In this document: positions 33,701 to 46,153 of the stretch, one piece after another
Layout of the letters: every line of letters starts with the position of its first letter
Position numbering within the stretch: position 1 is the first letter of the stretch
Assembly (NCBI RefSeq): GCF_001194135.2
Contig: NC_068993.1
Location: 52,619,883 to 52,683,882 of the forward strand
Direction: 5' to 3'
Source: Octopus bimaculoides
Lineage: Eukaryota
DNA: 64,000 nucleotides
Translations under genes and position numbers: made by a program
Notes under the pieces: model-generated
What the model was told of the DNA's origin: nothing
What the model saw: the letters and a program-made list of their open reading frames with translations, nothing else
The model's database searches: none

Positions 33701-36700
33701 AATAAATGCTTACATTATTTATGTCTTAAATACCTCTGGATTATATTTTTATTGCTGTAGACGTTTTGGCTTATCAATAACTATGACAGCTATTCTCATC
33801 AAATATTGGAACTGCAAAGATTCCTTACAAAATTTGACTATTTTCAGTTCATAGCTAAACATAATCAACAAATGTAATATTAATACCACAGATGTTAAAA
33901 ATACTGGGTGATAACCTACTTAGGTCTGAAATAAAATATAACTTACAGAGTTCATATAGTTGCCAACATCAAGACTGATTGCAAAGAAAGCCTTAAGGTT
34001 TTTGTTTTCTATCAGAACTTGACAAGTTTTCTTCAAAGTTTCAAGGTTCGGTTTTAGAGTTTGCATTAACACTTTCCTCTCTTCCTTCAGTAACATGCCA
34101 TCAATGCATAGATGAATGTTGGGGATTTTTGATAACAACAAAAAGAACTTTTCTGGATTTCCCAAGTCTTCTTTGTCACCTTGGTAAGCATTCAGTATAG
34201 AGAGCTAAATAGTCAAAGAATGAAGAAGGATTCAATGTATAACCAAGTGGTAATTAGATACAGTAGAGAACCGGTTAAGTTATTGATGATTCAAGCGAAA
34301 CAATAACTGACAAAAGAACAGTTTATATAGTTGACAATCTTTTATCCAAAGTGCTTGGAATTTGTGTTTTAAATTTCGTTTCGTGGGCATTTTGGAATGG
34401 TTATATGCATTTACAAAATGGGGAAGCTTGGGCACAGAACCCAAATCTAAACACATTGTCCATTTATACTTCAAAGAACAGTTGATACATATTCTGTGAA
34501 GGTCGTTTTATATAAATTTATTGTAAGCCTAGTTTTGCGTATGTAACTGTGATTTGTGAGAACATTTCACTTTTAACCAAAGCAAACCCACCTTCAAACA
34601 TCCCCTGCATTACAGAAGTGTTGCATTCCTAAAAATTCTTGCTATAATGTGGGATTCAAGAATGCAAAATGAATTTCCCGTTGACCTCCTTGCAACACAA
34701 AAATCATCCTGATTCAATGTACCTTTTTCCATGTTGACATGGGTTGGACAGTTTGATAGAAGCTGATGAGCCAAACAACTCACACTCCAATGTTTACTTT
34801 GGCATAGTTTGTATGGTTAGATGCCCTTCCTAACGTCAATGCAAAAGTTGTTTTACTTTGCAGCAAGATTTTTCAGAACCACATTGTTTCTGTAATACAA
34901 GGGATACTACCAATATTATACTTTTACTCCATTTTGTCAACCTCATAACAGCCCCACATCACTTTCACTTCTGCTTGTCTACAAAATATCGCTTTAAAAA
35001 TCTGAGTACATTCAGGTATTTCTCTACTATTAGTGCTTCTCTCACAAGAAAACGCTTTGGAATTTGGAACTTTGGATAAAGGATTGTCAAGTGTATTTAA
35101 TTAATTACATAAAAAATGTATTTGTTTTAACATAGGATTTTTACATAAATTCTTTGTCAAATATACCAGTCCTACGTACACACCTGTGTACATGTCCAGG
35201 AATATAATACCCGATGACAATCAGAAATCAATTGAAATGTAGATATAAATATTGATCTAACAAAGGTACAAGAACTACAATATAGTAATTATTTTACCGT
35301 TCCTAGAAGGATGTGATGTAAAGCCAGAGTTGACTTCACCTTTAACCCAAAGTGATAAGCTATGCTACGTTTGAACACACTACACTCAGTTAATGCAATT
35401 TTAAATCTTATATCAGATGATATGCGATTTAACTAGAACATACCTCACTGTCAGTTGGTAGAATTTTCTGCATCCGTCGTAACATTTCCAAGTCAAGATC
35501 CTTGCTTGTGCCTTCCTTAATCATTTCAACTATTTTCTCTTGTGAGGCATTACATTGTTTCAAGAAGATGTCTATGTCTAGAGCACGTTCCAAAAGATTG
35601 ACCTGAAGAGTAAACAATACATATTATTAGTGGTGCTGGGCCACTGAATTTACTTGTGCAATATTCAGAGAGGAAATTAAGTTAGAAAATAATTCCAATC
35701 TGTTAAATATGTAAGCCATTTGCAGTACAAAATAAATATTAACAATAAAATGAATGCATTTGATAATCAAATAGCTAAGAATTTGAAATTTGTTAAATAT
35801 TTCACTTACTTTTTTCGGAATATTTTTCTTCTTCACTTTTTGTTCATCAACTGATGCCGACTTTTTGGGAGGAGTTTTCATACTGAACATATCTTCAAGA
35901 GTTTTATAGTCAACATCCACAGCACTGTTACTTCTCATATAATATACATCTTGCCAAAGGTTGCCTTTTTCTGAGAAAACAAAAAAATGCAATGCAAATG
36001 ATTGAGATAAGTATAAAATAATAATGTAATAGAAGTATCAAATAATAATATAAGTATAAAATAGCATAAATGCTTGAGATAGGTATCAAATAGTAGAAGT
36101 GAAAGGAATTTAGGGTTGTATACCCTGGTGGCCAGTTATTGCAAGGGAGATAATTATTTGATAAATTTTGGTGGGATTATAGAAAGTTTCAATTTTGAAT
36201 TGACAACCAAGGAATAAGATGCATAGGATATACATGTCTAATCATTTATGTCTTACCCATTACCTTTATTCAAAGGAATTCATTCATTTAACATCCATTT
36301 CCCCCATGCTAGCAGGGCCTGGACAGGAACTGAATTTGAAGCAGGATTTTGCAGCTGGATGCTCTTCCTGTTACCAACCCTTACCTACTTTCTCAGCTAA
36401 TGACATTTTATTTTTCACAGGTCTTTGAAAGCACAGAGCAACTGGTCAAAATGTCAGCCAGGAATGTCAACATTATCATCACTTTAACCACAGAATGACA
36501 AGCAACACATCAACATTCGCGCTCGCGCACACACGTACGCCAAGCTCAATAGAGTTCCCATCTATCAGTTTCACTCGCAGGGCCTTGATTAGTCAGGAGC
36601 GATAGCAGCAAACACTCCCCCAAAGTGTCATATAATCATACAGCAAATGATTTTGAAGCAGGAGTTTGCAGCTGGGTGCTCTTTTTGTCACTAACACTCA

Positions 36701-39700
36701 CCTGCTTTTTCAGGTAATGTAATTCTATTTTTCGCAGGTCTTTGAAAGCATAGACCAACTGGTAAAAATGCCAACAAAGAATGTTGACATCACCGCCACT
36801 TCGCTCAAACAATGACAAGCAAAAAATCAGCATTCACACGTAGACACATACAAACACACGATAAGCTTAATACAGTTTCCATCAAACTGTTTCACAGACA
36901 CCATTAGGAGCGATAGCAAATGACACTTGCTCAAAATGTCACACACTCACACTGTTGTTAACAATCATGTTGAAACACATCTTACATTATAATGGACAAC
37001 AAAGATTTTGCTACTGGGGTAAAAGCATGTGTTTTAGACTAAATCGAGGATGCTGATTCCGAATCCGCGCTCAGAATTGTTCTAGCAGTCAGGATTTTGA
37101 GTTATGCGCATGCGCAAGATTATAACCATACTTTCGGCTAGATGTAGGCCGTATTATAAAATTTGCTAGAATAAAAGCGGTCTTAATTCAAAATTAAAGA
37201 AATAACAGCAATAAAACGAATGATGAGAAAGTTCATTATTTAGTTTAGCAATAGATGGCGCTGATGTACTGTGTGTAATGCCAAATACGTCAGTTTGTTC
37301 TTGGTAACTCTCAGTGTCATTTGCGCTGCTGTCATGTGTGATATGTGTATCTCTCGCTCTGCGTGATTACTGTTTTAACTGTGTTTATTGTGTTAGATCA
37401 GGAATAGGACAGGCTATGTGAATCACCCAGACAACTTTTGCTGTGTCTGTAGAAAATTTGCTCCACATGACTAGCGGGTGAACATTGCCACCAAATAAAA
37501 AACTGCCTATAAATATTATTTCAGGTGTAAAATTGAGGAACAAGACAAGGGGTAGGCACTTCATATATGCTGCACCATGTGTTACTCAGGGCTTACTTAG
37601 TGGCTGAATGGAAAACAGAAGAGAATGCCTTTTGCTGCACTAATGGTATGGCGTGAGCCAACCAATCATGTCTCTGTTACTTTTGCATGACTAATATTAG
37701 TAGCTTCTCAAAGAAAATCAAAGCAATGTATGCAAATTGTAAGTCGGCTCCAAAACTGGTCCCACATGACTTCGAGAACCCTGTCCCAATAACCCTCTCA
37801 CATGATTCACTTGAAGACCTTGATACGTCGCATGATGAACATACTGATGCTCTTATGGACGAAGAGTACATAGTTGATTCTGAGAAAAACAAGCCATGCT
37901 TGTTTAATCAAGAAGATTTGAACGATTTAGTAAGAGACCCAGCCCTCTCAAAGGAGAAGGCAGAAGTTTTGGGATCGAAATACAGCAATGGAATCTCCTA
38001 CGGCAAGGTACGAAAATTCCCATTTTCCGTTCCCGCCATAGAAGCTTCTCTTTTTTTTTTTTCAAGCAAGAAAATAATGCTTGTTTCTGTACTGACATTA
38101 ATGCATTCATGCAAACATTAGGACATGTGCATGTGACTAACAAATGGGAATTGTTTATAGACTCCAGTAAGGTTAACCTCAAAGCTGTGTTGTTACATAG
38201 TGGTAATGAAAAACCTTCCATTTTTGTGAGTCATATTGTCGGTATGGAAGAAACTTATGAATCGATGGAACTCATTCTGAAAAGAATTAATTACTCAGTT
38301 CATAAGTGGAATATTTATGGTGATTTAAAGGTGATTTCCCTCCTCCGAGGACTGTACACTGGGATACACCAAAAATATGTGCTTCTTGTGTGTTTGGAAC
38401 AGCCACGACGACAACAATCATTATACTGTAAAAGACTGGCCTAAAAGAGATGAGCTCATAGTTCGTCGGTACAATGGGCAGCATATGTTACGGGAAGACC
38501 TGTAAATTATCTTTCCACCCCTTCACATCAAACTCAGCCTCATGAAAAACATCGTAAAAGCAATGACAGACGATGGTTGTGGCTTCTAGTATCTAAAAGT
38601 AAAATTTGGTGCAGAGAAAAGTGACGCAAAATTGAAAGCAGGCATTTTCATTGAACCCGAGATCAGAGAATTGATATCTGATAGCAAATGCAGAGATAAA
38701 TTTAATCCAGTTAAGCTGATGGCATGGGATTCATTCATGCTAGTTAAACAGAACTTTCTTGGAAATCATAGAGCTGAAAACTATGCTGATTTAATAAACA
38801 ACATGCTAATAGCGTATGAAAATGGGGATGCCGAATGCTCCTTAGAATGCACTTCTTGCATTCTCATCTCAATTTTTTTCCAACTAATCTTGGTGCTGTT
38901 AATGTTGAGCATGGTGAGAGGTTCCACCAGGACATATATGAGATGGAAACAAGGTATCAAGGCCGGTTCAATCCACACATGATGGGTGACTACTGCTGGT
39001 CCCTACAACAGGAGACCATCACAACGCATAAGTGCAAGAGCAAGTGTCACAAACATTTCTGAGCTGAGCATATCAAAAATACAGTGAGTATTCCCTTAAC
39101 ATAAATATACTTTGTACCATTATATTATATTTACCTTGAACATAAATATACTATATACAGTACTAATATACTATTATAATAATTATTTACCTTGAACTTA
39201 ACTTTTCCTGATACTAATATAGTATTAATACACAATTATGCGCATAACTCAAAATCCTGACATGCTACAGCAATTCTGAGTTCAGATTCGGAATCAGCGT
39301 ACTCAATTTAGTTTGGTACAGCACCAGTTGTCTGAGTAGCAGACATATATTTTTTTTGTTCTTTGCCCCAGTGAACTCCAGATCAAGGTTCACTAAGGGT
39401 AATTGACAATACTGTAATAGTAGCACTAGTAGTATAGTGGTAATAGTAATAATAGTAAAGTAGTGAAGGGAGTAGGGATAGTGACAATAGGGGTGGCGGG
39501 TGGTAGTGGTGATGGTGGTAAATATGGTAAAAAATGATACATTACCATTGATGATATTGGGTGGGACTTTGTGCCATTGGAAAGAACGAAGTTTCTGTGT
39601 TGGTGCCAAGACTGGTTTACCATGTAACCTGGCTGGCAACGTCGCAGACGAGTATTTGCTTGGTGATAACGATGTTGTTGATGACGGAGGTGGAGGTGGA

Positions 39701-42700
39701 GCAGGAGGAAAACCCCTGGAGCCAGGAGGTGGAGGTGGAGGTGGAGGAACCCCGGGTAAACTCTTAGACCCTGGGGGTAGTGGTGGAGGAGGTGGCGGAG
39801 GTGGTGCTGAACTGTGGGAAACCCCAGATCCTGGGGGTAATGGTGGTGGTGGTGGTGGAGCTCTAGGTAAATTTCCAGACCCCAGGGGTAGTGGTGGTGG
39901 AGGTGGTGGTCTGCAGAAATTCCCAGAGTTTGGGAGTGGAGGTGGTGGAGGTGGTGGAGGTGGTGGCGGTGGAGGAGCCCTGGGAAAAACACCAGACCCA
40001 GGGTTTAGTGGCGAATGTAGGGGAGATGGTGGAGGAAGAGGAGGAGGAGGTGGTGGTGGTGGAGAAGCCTTGGTGATGGCTTCAGGCTGTATAATAGAAG
40101 TGCCAGATTCGGAAATTGTTGGATGTGGAGGTGACTGTGAAACATCAGTCTTTGAATGACTAGCAGACTTTGTCAGCTTTTCCACCTCTGGAACAATGCT
40201 GGCCTTTGATGACCCATCTGCCTCTTTTAATGCATTGGACTCTGATGGCACGTTTTCCTCCGGTGCAGCAGCAAGCTCTGACTGTACGTCTGCCACTGGA
40301 GTATTTTTAGAGTCTGAAACAGTGGTAAGCTCTGATAGTACGTCTGCCTTTGACGGCACATCTTCGTCCATTGTGGTGACTGGCTTTGATGACACGTCTG
40401 CTTCCACAATAGCGGTGGACTCTGATGGTACGTCTGCCTCCAGAATGGAGGCGGGTTCCGACAGAGTATTCACCTCCGAATCAGAAGTAAGCTCTGAGAT
40501 CATGCTCACCTTTGGGGTTAAATGGGTTGATGGGGGTTTTTTAGATACGATTTGGGCTGATCTAACTAGTGCAAGTAAAGATGGAGAAGCTGGTTTAAGA
40601 GTATCCTCCTTAATTTCTGTTGATGCGTGAAGCCGTTTTGTTTGGGGCGTTTGTAATGTTTGAGAAGATGGTCCGGGAGAGCAAGTTGATTGTAGTACAA
40701 CTGGTGATGAACAAGAGGGATTCTGTAGTGTATCTGATGTGATTGAAGAAAGAGTTTCTGGTTTGTCAACATTTTTTTCATTTGTATTTTCAGTAGAAAA
40801 AGATTGTTGTGATGTGGTAATGGAATGAAGCGTCTCGGGCGTCAGAGGTGGACAGGGTTCGAGATTTTCTGCCACTTCAGGTTTGTCATTTTCAGAAAAT
40901 CTGTCTTTCCTGTTGCTTTTAATTGGTGAAGAATATATTTTCTTTGATGTGTTCTCTGTGTGTTTCTCTTTGCCCGCCTGTGGAGCAATTTCGGACAACG
41001 TCGGTTCTTCTGTTGATTTGGAACTTACATTGGGGGTTTGGTTTCCTTCTAGTCGAATTTGAGAAGATTTTTCGTTCATTTGCGTCGACTGTAGAACCAG
41101 TTCAGATAGAGATTTAATTTTCTTCGGGCTACTCTCGATAACAGAGCTATTCAAGGGTTCTTCTACAGATGTCACTGCTTCGTTTATTGTCATGGATGGT
41201 TCAGAATTTTTCTGGAGCTCTGTTTTATGGACGTGTTTTTGATTCTCAGAATCTGATGGAATTTTGTGGTATTTTGATAACTTTTCTGGCGTTTGATTTT
41301 CTACAACATTTGATGAATTCGAAGTTGATTTAGGAGATGATGTTTCAACGAAGTTTTCTGGAAGATCAGGTTCTTCCAAGTCGAACGAGGATGTAGTGGT
41401 TTGTGACTGGAAATTATAGCTTCCTGAACCAGAACCGGTGATCTCTTCCGTCTCAGAGCCATATGTAGAATCAACTGTTGTATTGACTTGCTTTCTTTGG
41501 TCTTCAGTAGTTCTATTGCTTCTACAACGCTGTAGTTCTATTTCAGTCTTTATGTCAACCAAAAGTTTCTCAAGAAACAAAGATTTGTCCAAGTAAAGTA
41601 AGTTTTGTGCCACTGACTCCATTACAAACCATTGGTAATCACTGAAGAATAGGAGACAAATATTTTGTTTTTAGACAAACAAAGACATGAGGGCAATCAA
41701 CAGAGATTATTTACTGAAATATATCCAAACTAAACTCATTACATGAAGAGAGAGCTATCCATCGACATCATCTGGTGTAGGCAGCGTGTGATCCACACTT
41801 TACATTTAAGGCGAGGAGCGTATAGTTGACACCTAACAACTGAAGGGAGAAACATACGAGGAGATGCTGAAAAGTTCCTGGCTTTGGGTAAAAGAATACA
41901 AGAGGATCAGTAAATTACGATTTTATTACACATATTCCCCTCTCAGATTCACGCACTTATTGCAACGGTCCTTCATTTTCTCTAAGCTCTGTAAAAGAAC
42001 TCGGAAAGTTGGGCCCCCCAAAAGGCCTTCGCAACACCCTTAAAGCGAAGAACATTTCAACACCCCCTCGTACGCTCTTCATCCATTTCTTGGACGAAGA
42101 GCTTATGTATCCATATTCGACATCTGGGGAGAAATGCATGTGTACCCACCTCAGACATGGGTTCAAGAGTACCTTGTCTACACTCGACCTGTAGGGTAAG
42201 GAGCAAATATTTACCAATGATGCTACACCCAGTAAAATATTAGCCGTCAATATGTTAATAAACGATCGTTAGTCTTAAATAGAGTCAGACATAGTATTGT
42301 ATATACCATGAATGGCATCCATAATAAAATATCAAAATTTCACTAATATTTCAAAGACAGAGCTGTCAGATCTGTTATGAAACTTAAGGAAGCTAGTGGA
42401 CTCCTATCTCTACAGTGTTAAGAGAAAGAGATAACGTCTTGATAGCACGTTAGTCCATCATAGCTGATTTCCTCAGAAGTCGAAATATCTACTCTAGACA
42501 GCAGTGTAATCACCGGCTCATTTAATAGGGCAGATGTTTCGACATACAACGAAAGTCCCGTAGCAAATTTAACCCACAAATCACTAATTAGTAGCAAATA
42601 TACCAGCAACCACTTCACTTCTAGTGAGGTAAGCAAAAACTATCTATAGTTAATGCATAAAAGAAGCCTTTGGTGTCAAACATAAGAATAACTGTGGCTT

Positions 42701-45700
42701 GAATACGAATGACAAGGAACTTACCTGATTTCATTCTCAGGGTCAATTTGTTGAAGAGACTTCAGAATGCTGAGAAAAGATTCAGCGTGTGGAGTACCCA
42801 GAACCTGAAATCATAAAACAAAGAAAGAAACATGCAAACATATTCTTGATGTAGTAAAATGAATAAAAAAAAAACCGTGGGTTAAACCAGTGCTGCAAAG
42901 TTTAATGTTATATTTTGTACGTTTAAAGAAGCACATGTTAGTTTAGGTTAGTTTTGTGTGGCAGTTACCATATAAGAATTGATGCCATGCTGTTTAGGGT
43001 TCGAAGGCAACCAATTACTAAAACCCATTATGAAGTCATCTGAACAAAAAAAAAGGGGGGGGNNNNNNNNNNGGGGGGTGATTAATGATAATTTAGTTTA
43101 AGCTTTTTAATTTTTTATAATAAAATGAACAATAAACAGCAAATGCAAAACAACCAATCCAAGGGAAAAAGGAAAAAATAATTTTAAATGATTCTATAAC
43201 AAACTAGGTGTACATTACAAGATTTCGAAACATCGGTAGAATTTAAGTAAATTACTTTTTAACGTGAAACTCGAAGTAGATATAGCTATAAATAGAATGC
43301 AGAATATCGGGTTCAAAACCACTTGGGTAGAGAAAACGTTGAAGGCTGTCCGTTGGGTACGAATCCACATCTGTGGATATGGCGGGTGTACTAATCGTTA
43401 TACCAAAGCAACGCTTCGAAGTTTCTCCATTAGAGCTTTGTTCTCACTAGTGAAAATTGTAAGATGTTTACATTACAAGAATTTCGAAACTTCGAGAGAA
43501 CTGAAGGATAAATTACATTTTTATGGTGAAACTCGAAATTAAAGCTATGAATAATAGCGTGTTGAAGACTAAAAAAACCCTTTAGATGGGAAAAAAGTCG
43601 AAGGCTGTTCGGAGTTTGTTTTATGCAAGGGTTCTTTTTCTTTTTTATTCCATACGCAATATTATATATGTTGTTATTTATAGCTTTATCTACTTAGTGT
43701 TCCACCGTAAAGATTAGTTTATTTTAATTTAATAAACTATATGTCGAAAAATGTTATTTCTTCCTTACACGATACTTGGGACGACTTTGACAAAATGTGA
43801 GGTGTATTCCGAAAAAATTTCGTCCATGAGCGCCACCCTAGTATTATGCATTTGGAGTGCCATTTAACAAGGAAAAAATTTAGTTCGCCGAAAGAGAGGT
43901 AGAGATAGTGGAGGAAGAAAGTTACAGTAAATAGGACATCCATTTAGGATCAAATTAACTGCAATCTATGAATTCTGAAAATATGATACCTTTGCAAAGC
44001 ATCTTCTCAACTATGAAGTACCCAGATATTCCACTTGGTAAGAAGTAAAAATATTTTAAGCAAAATTGCAGGTACACCAATCCTTGGCAGCGCTCACTTT
44101 CGATCCAAACAATTGTTAGATTGTAACTACTGTGCACCCCCGACCACTGCATCTTTGAGTGTTTTTTTCTTTCTTTTATCTCACATCTCCTGCACAATGT
44201 TCATGGTTTCAACCCCCTGGTAGGATCTCGAAACGGTTGCTGAATATATCTGTAAAATGCCACAAAACTTACCGTAGAATAAACCTTTTGGAAGATGATG
44301 CAAACTGGAACAGTACCTGGGGAGAGTTTTCAGTCTTGCATTCTTCAAGCAATATGAGGAATCTTTACAATCATTATATACGCCTATTCACCGTCCGAAT
44401 CTCATAAATTTTTGTTTGTATAGCAGAAGATATACCGTACAAGCACAACAAGAAAGAAAAATCCCTCACACGTATAATATAACTGTCACTCCGTCGGTTA
44501 CGACGACGAGGGTTCTAGCTGATCCGATCAACAGAACAGCCTACTCGTGAAATTAACGTGCAAGTGGCCGAGAACTCCACAAACACGCATATCCTTACCC
44601 TAGTTCTCAAGGAGAGTCAGCGTGACACAGAAATGTTGCTAGGCCGGCCCTTTGAATTACAGGTACAGCTCATTTTTGCCAGCTGAGTGGACTGGAGAAC
44701 GAGTCGCCGGGCATTGAAATCACGACTTTACGATCTTGAGTCGAATACTCCTTACCACTAAGCCACGCGCCTTCACACGCACAATATACACACAAATATG
44801 TATACACAAACACATAGACATTAGCACAAACGTAGGTTTTAACATATACATTCACACGCATATATTAAAGCACACATTTATAGAATAAACATGTATACGT
44901 GTGTGTGTTTTACTCGTTCAATAAAGCTCGTTCGTAACACTACCTCAATAGCGGTAGGCAAATTGTTATGTACCACCATGATGGCTACCTCGGTGTATAT
45001 TGATACAAGAAATGATTTGTGATGCATAACCTAGCCATTTGCAAGTATTTTCAGGACGCTGTCCAGCCACCCGATTATCTACCAATCTGGTGAACACGTA
45101 AGACAGAGTTCATACAGATCAATAATCGAGATAAACTGATAATTATGAATGTCCCATCATGCTGTGGGCCATAGATAGAATGTTGTCTTGAGCAAAGTTC
45201 TAACCCGATGGAAGGTGGAATGTTAAAGCAAATAGAGCTTTTGGAATCTTAGAATAGGGGGGGGAATTCGGTAGTGGGGGGGAATTCGGTAGTAGTGGGG
45301 AAGCTAAAAGAGAAACTAAGCAATAAATAGCACGGAAGGAAGCCGAAAGTAAGAGGTTTGCCAATATTCTACGATGAATGGGTTAAAAGGTGAAGTGTTT
45401 TGAAATTACAAAGCTGTGTACTAGTGTGTCAATTTGAATCGAGATGTCTTTGTGGAGAAATATGTTCGGAATGAGAGTGACACACTAACATTTAAAGAAA
45501 AGATGCTTGGAAATGTTACAACGAGAGTTCGTTAAATGTATAGTAAGTAGAGTTCCTAACCTAGGTAGACCCAATTGTGGGGCCAAGTTTTAAAGTTAAT
45601 AGTTATATGGTTGAAAGGGCGATTAAAGTACGAAGGTACGGAGGGCCGCTAGATCATAAGGAATAGTCACTGTGATGCTAAAAATATCTGGAGTAGTGTA

Positions 45701-46116
45701 TACTCTAATCTCTCGCATAGTCATTGAAATATCACAGGGAGGTCCCACGCCAAATGATTTGTGTTGCTGTATCACCAACTGTTACGAAGGAATAAGGTGA
45801 TACTCTAGGAAAATGCCCAACTACAATAGAAAGGTAACTTTGGGCATGACTGATTGTATGACATTAGTGTACAGAATACGATGTGTGTAGGGAGAAATGA
45901 TTATTGAATGCAAAGGATGTGCAAAGGTTGCAAAAAGAAAGAAAGAGGCATGCATGTTCTGTTAGATACCTTATGGCATGGCTGATTGGACATTCACTCC
46001 GTTATGACGATGGTACTTTTTGGCGTTTGAGGCAAACCCACAAACATGCACGCGCACAGAGGAATGAGAGAGAGAGGGGGGAAGACAGAGAGAAAGAGAG
46101 GGAGAGGCAGAGAGAA

Positions 46117-46153
<37 letters not shown>

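Noticed and set aside
39500-40630. Gly-rich (39500-40159) and Ser/Asp-rich (40196-40630) plus-strand ORFs
   Set aside because: Antisense shadows of the poly-Pro and repeat codons of the formin exon.
39265-41622. 785-aa ORF as a stand-alone intronless gene
   Set aside because: It is one internal formin exon (41641-39546) plus intronic read-through.
43955-44197. Minus-strand ORF with a membrane-protein look (possible nested retrogene)
   Set aside because: The plus strand translates to clear Helitron RepHel motifs.
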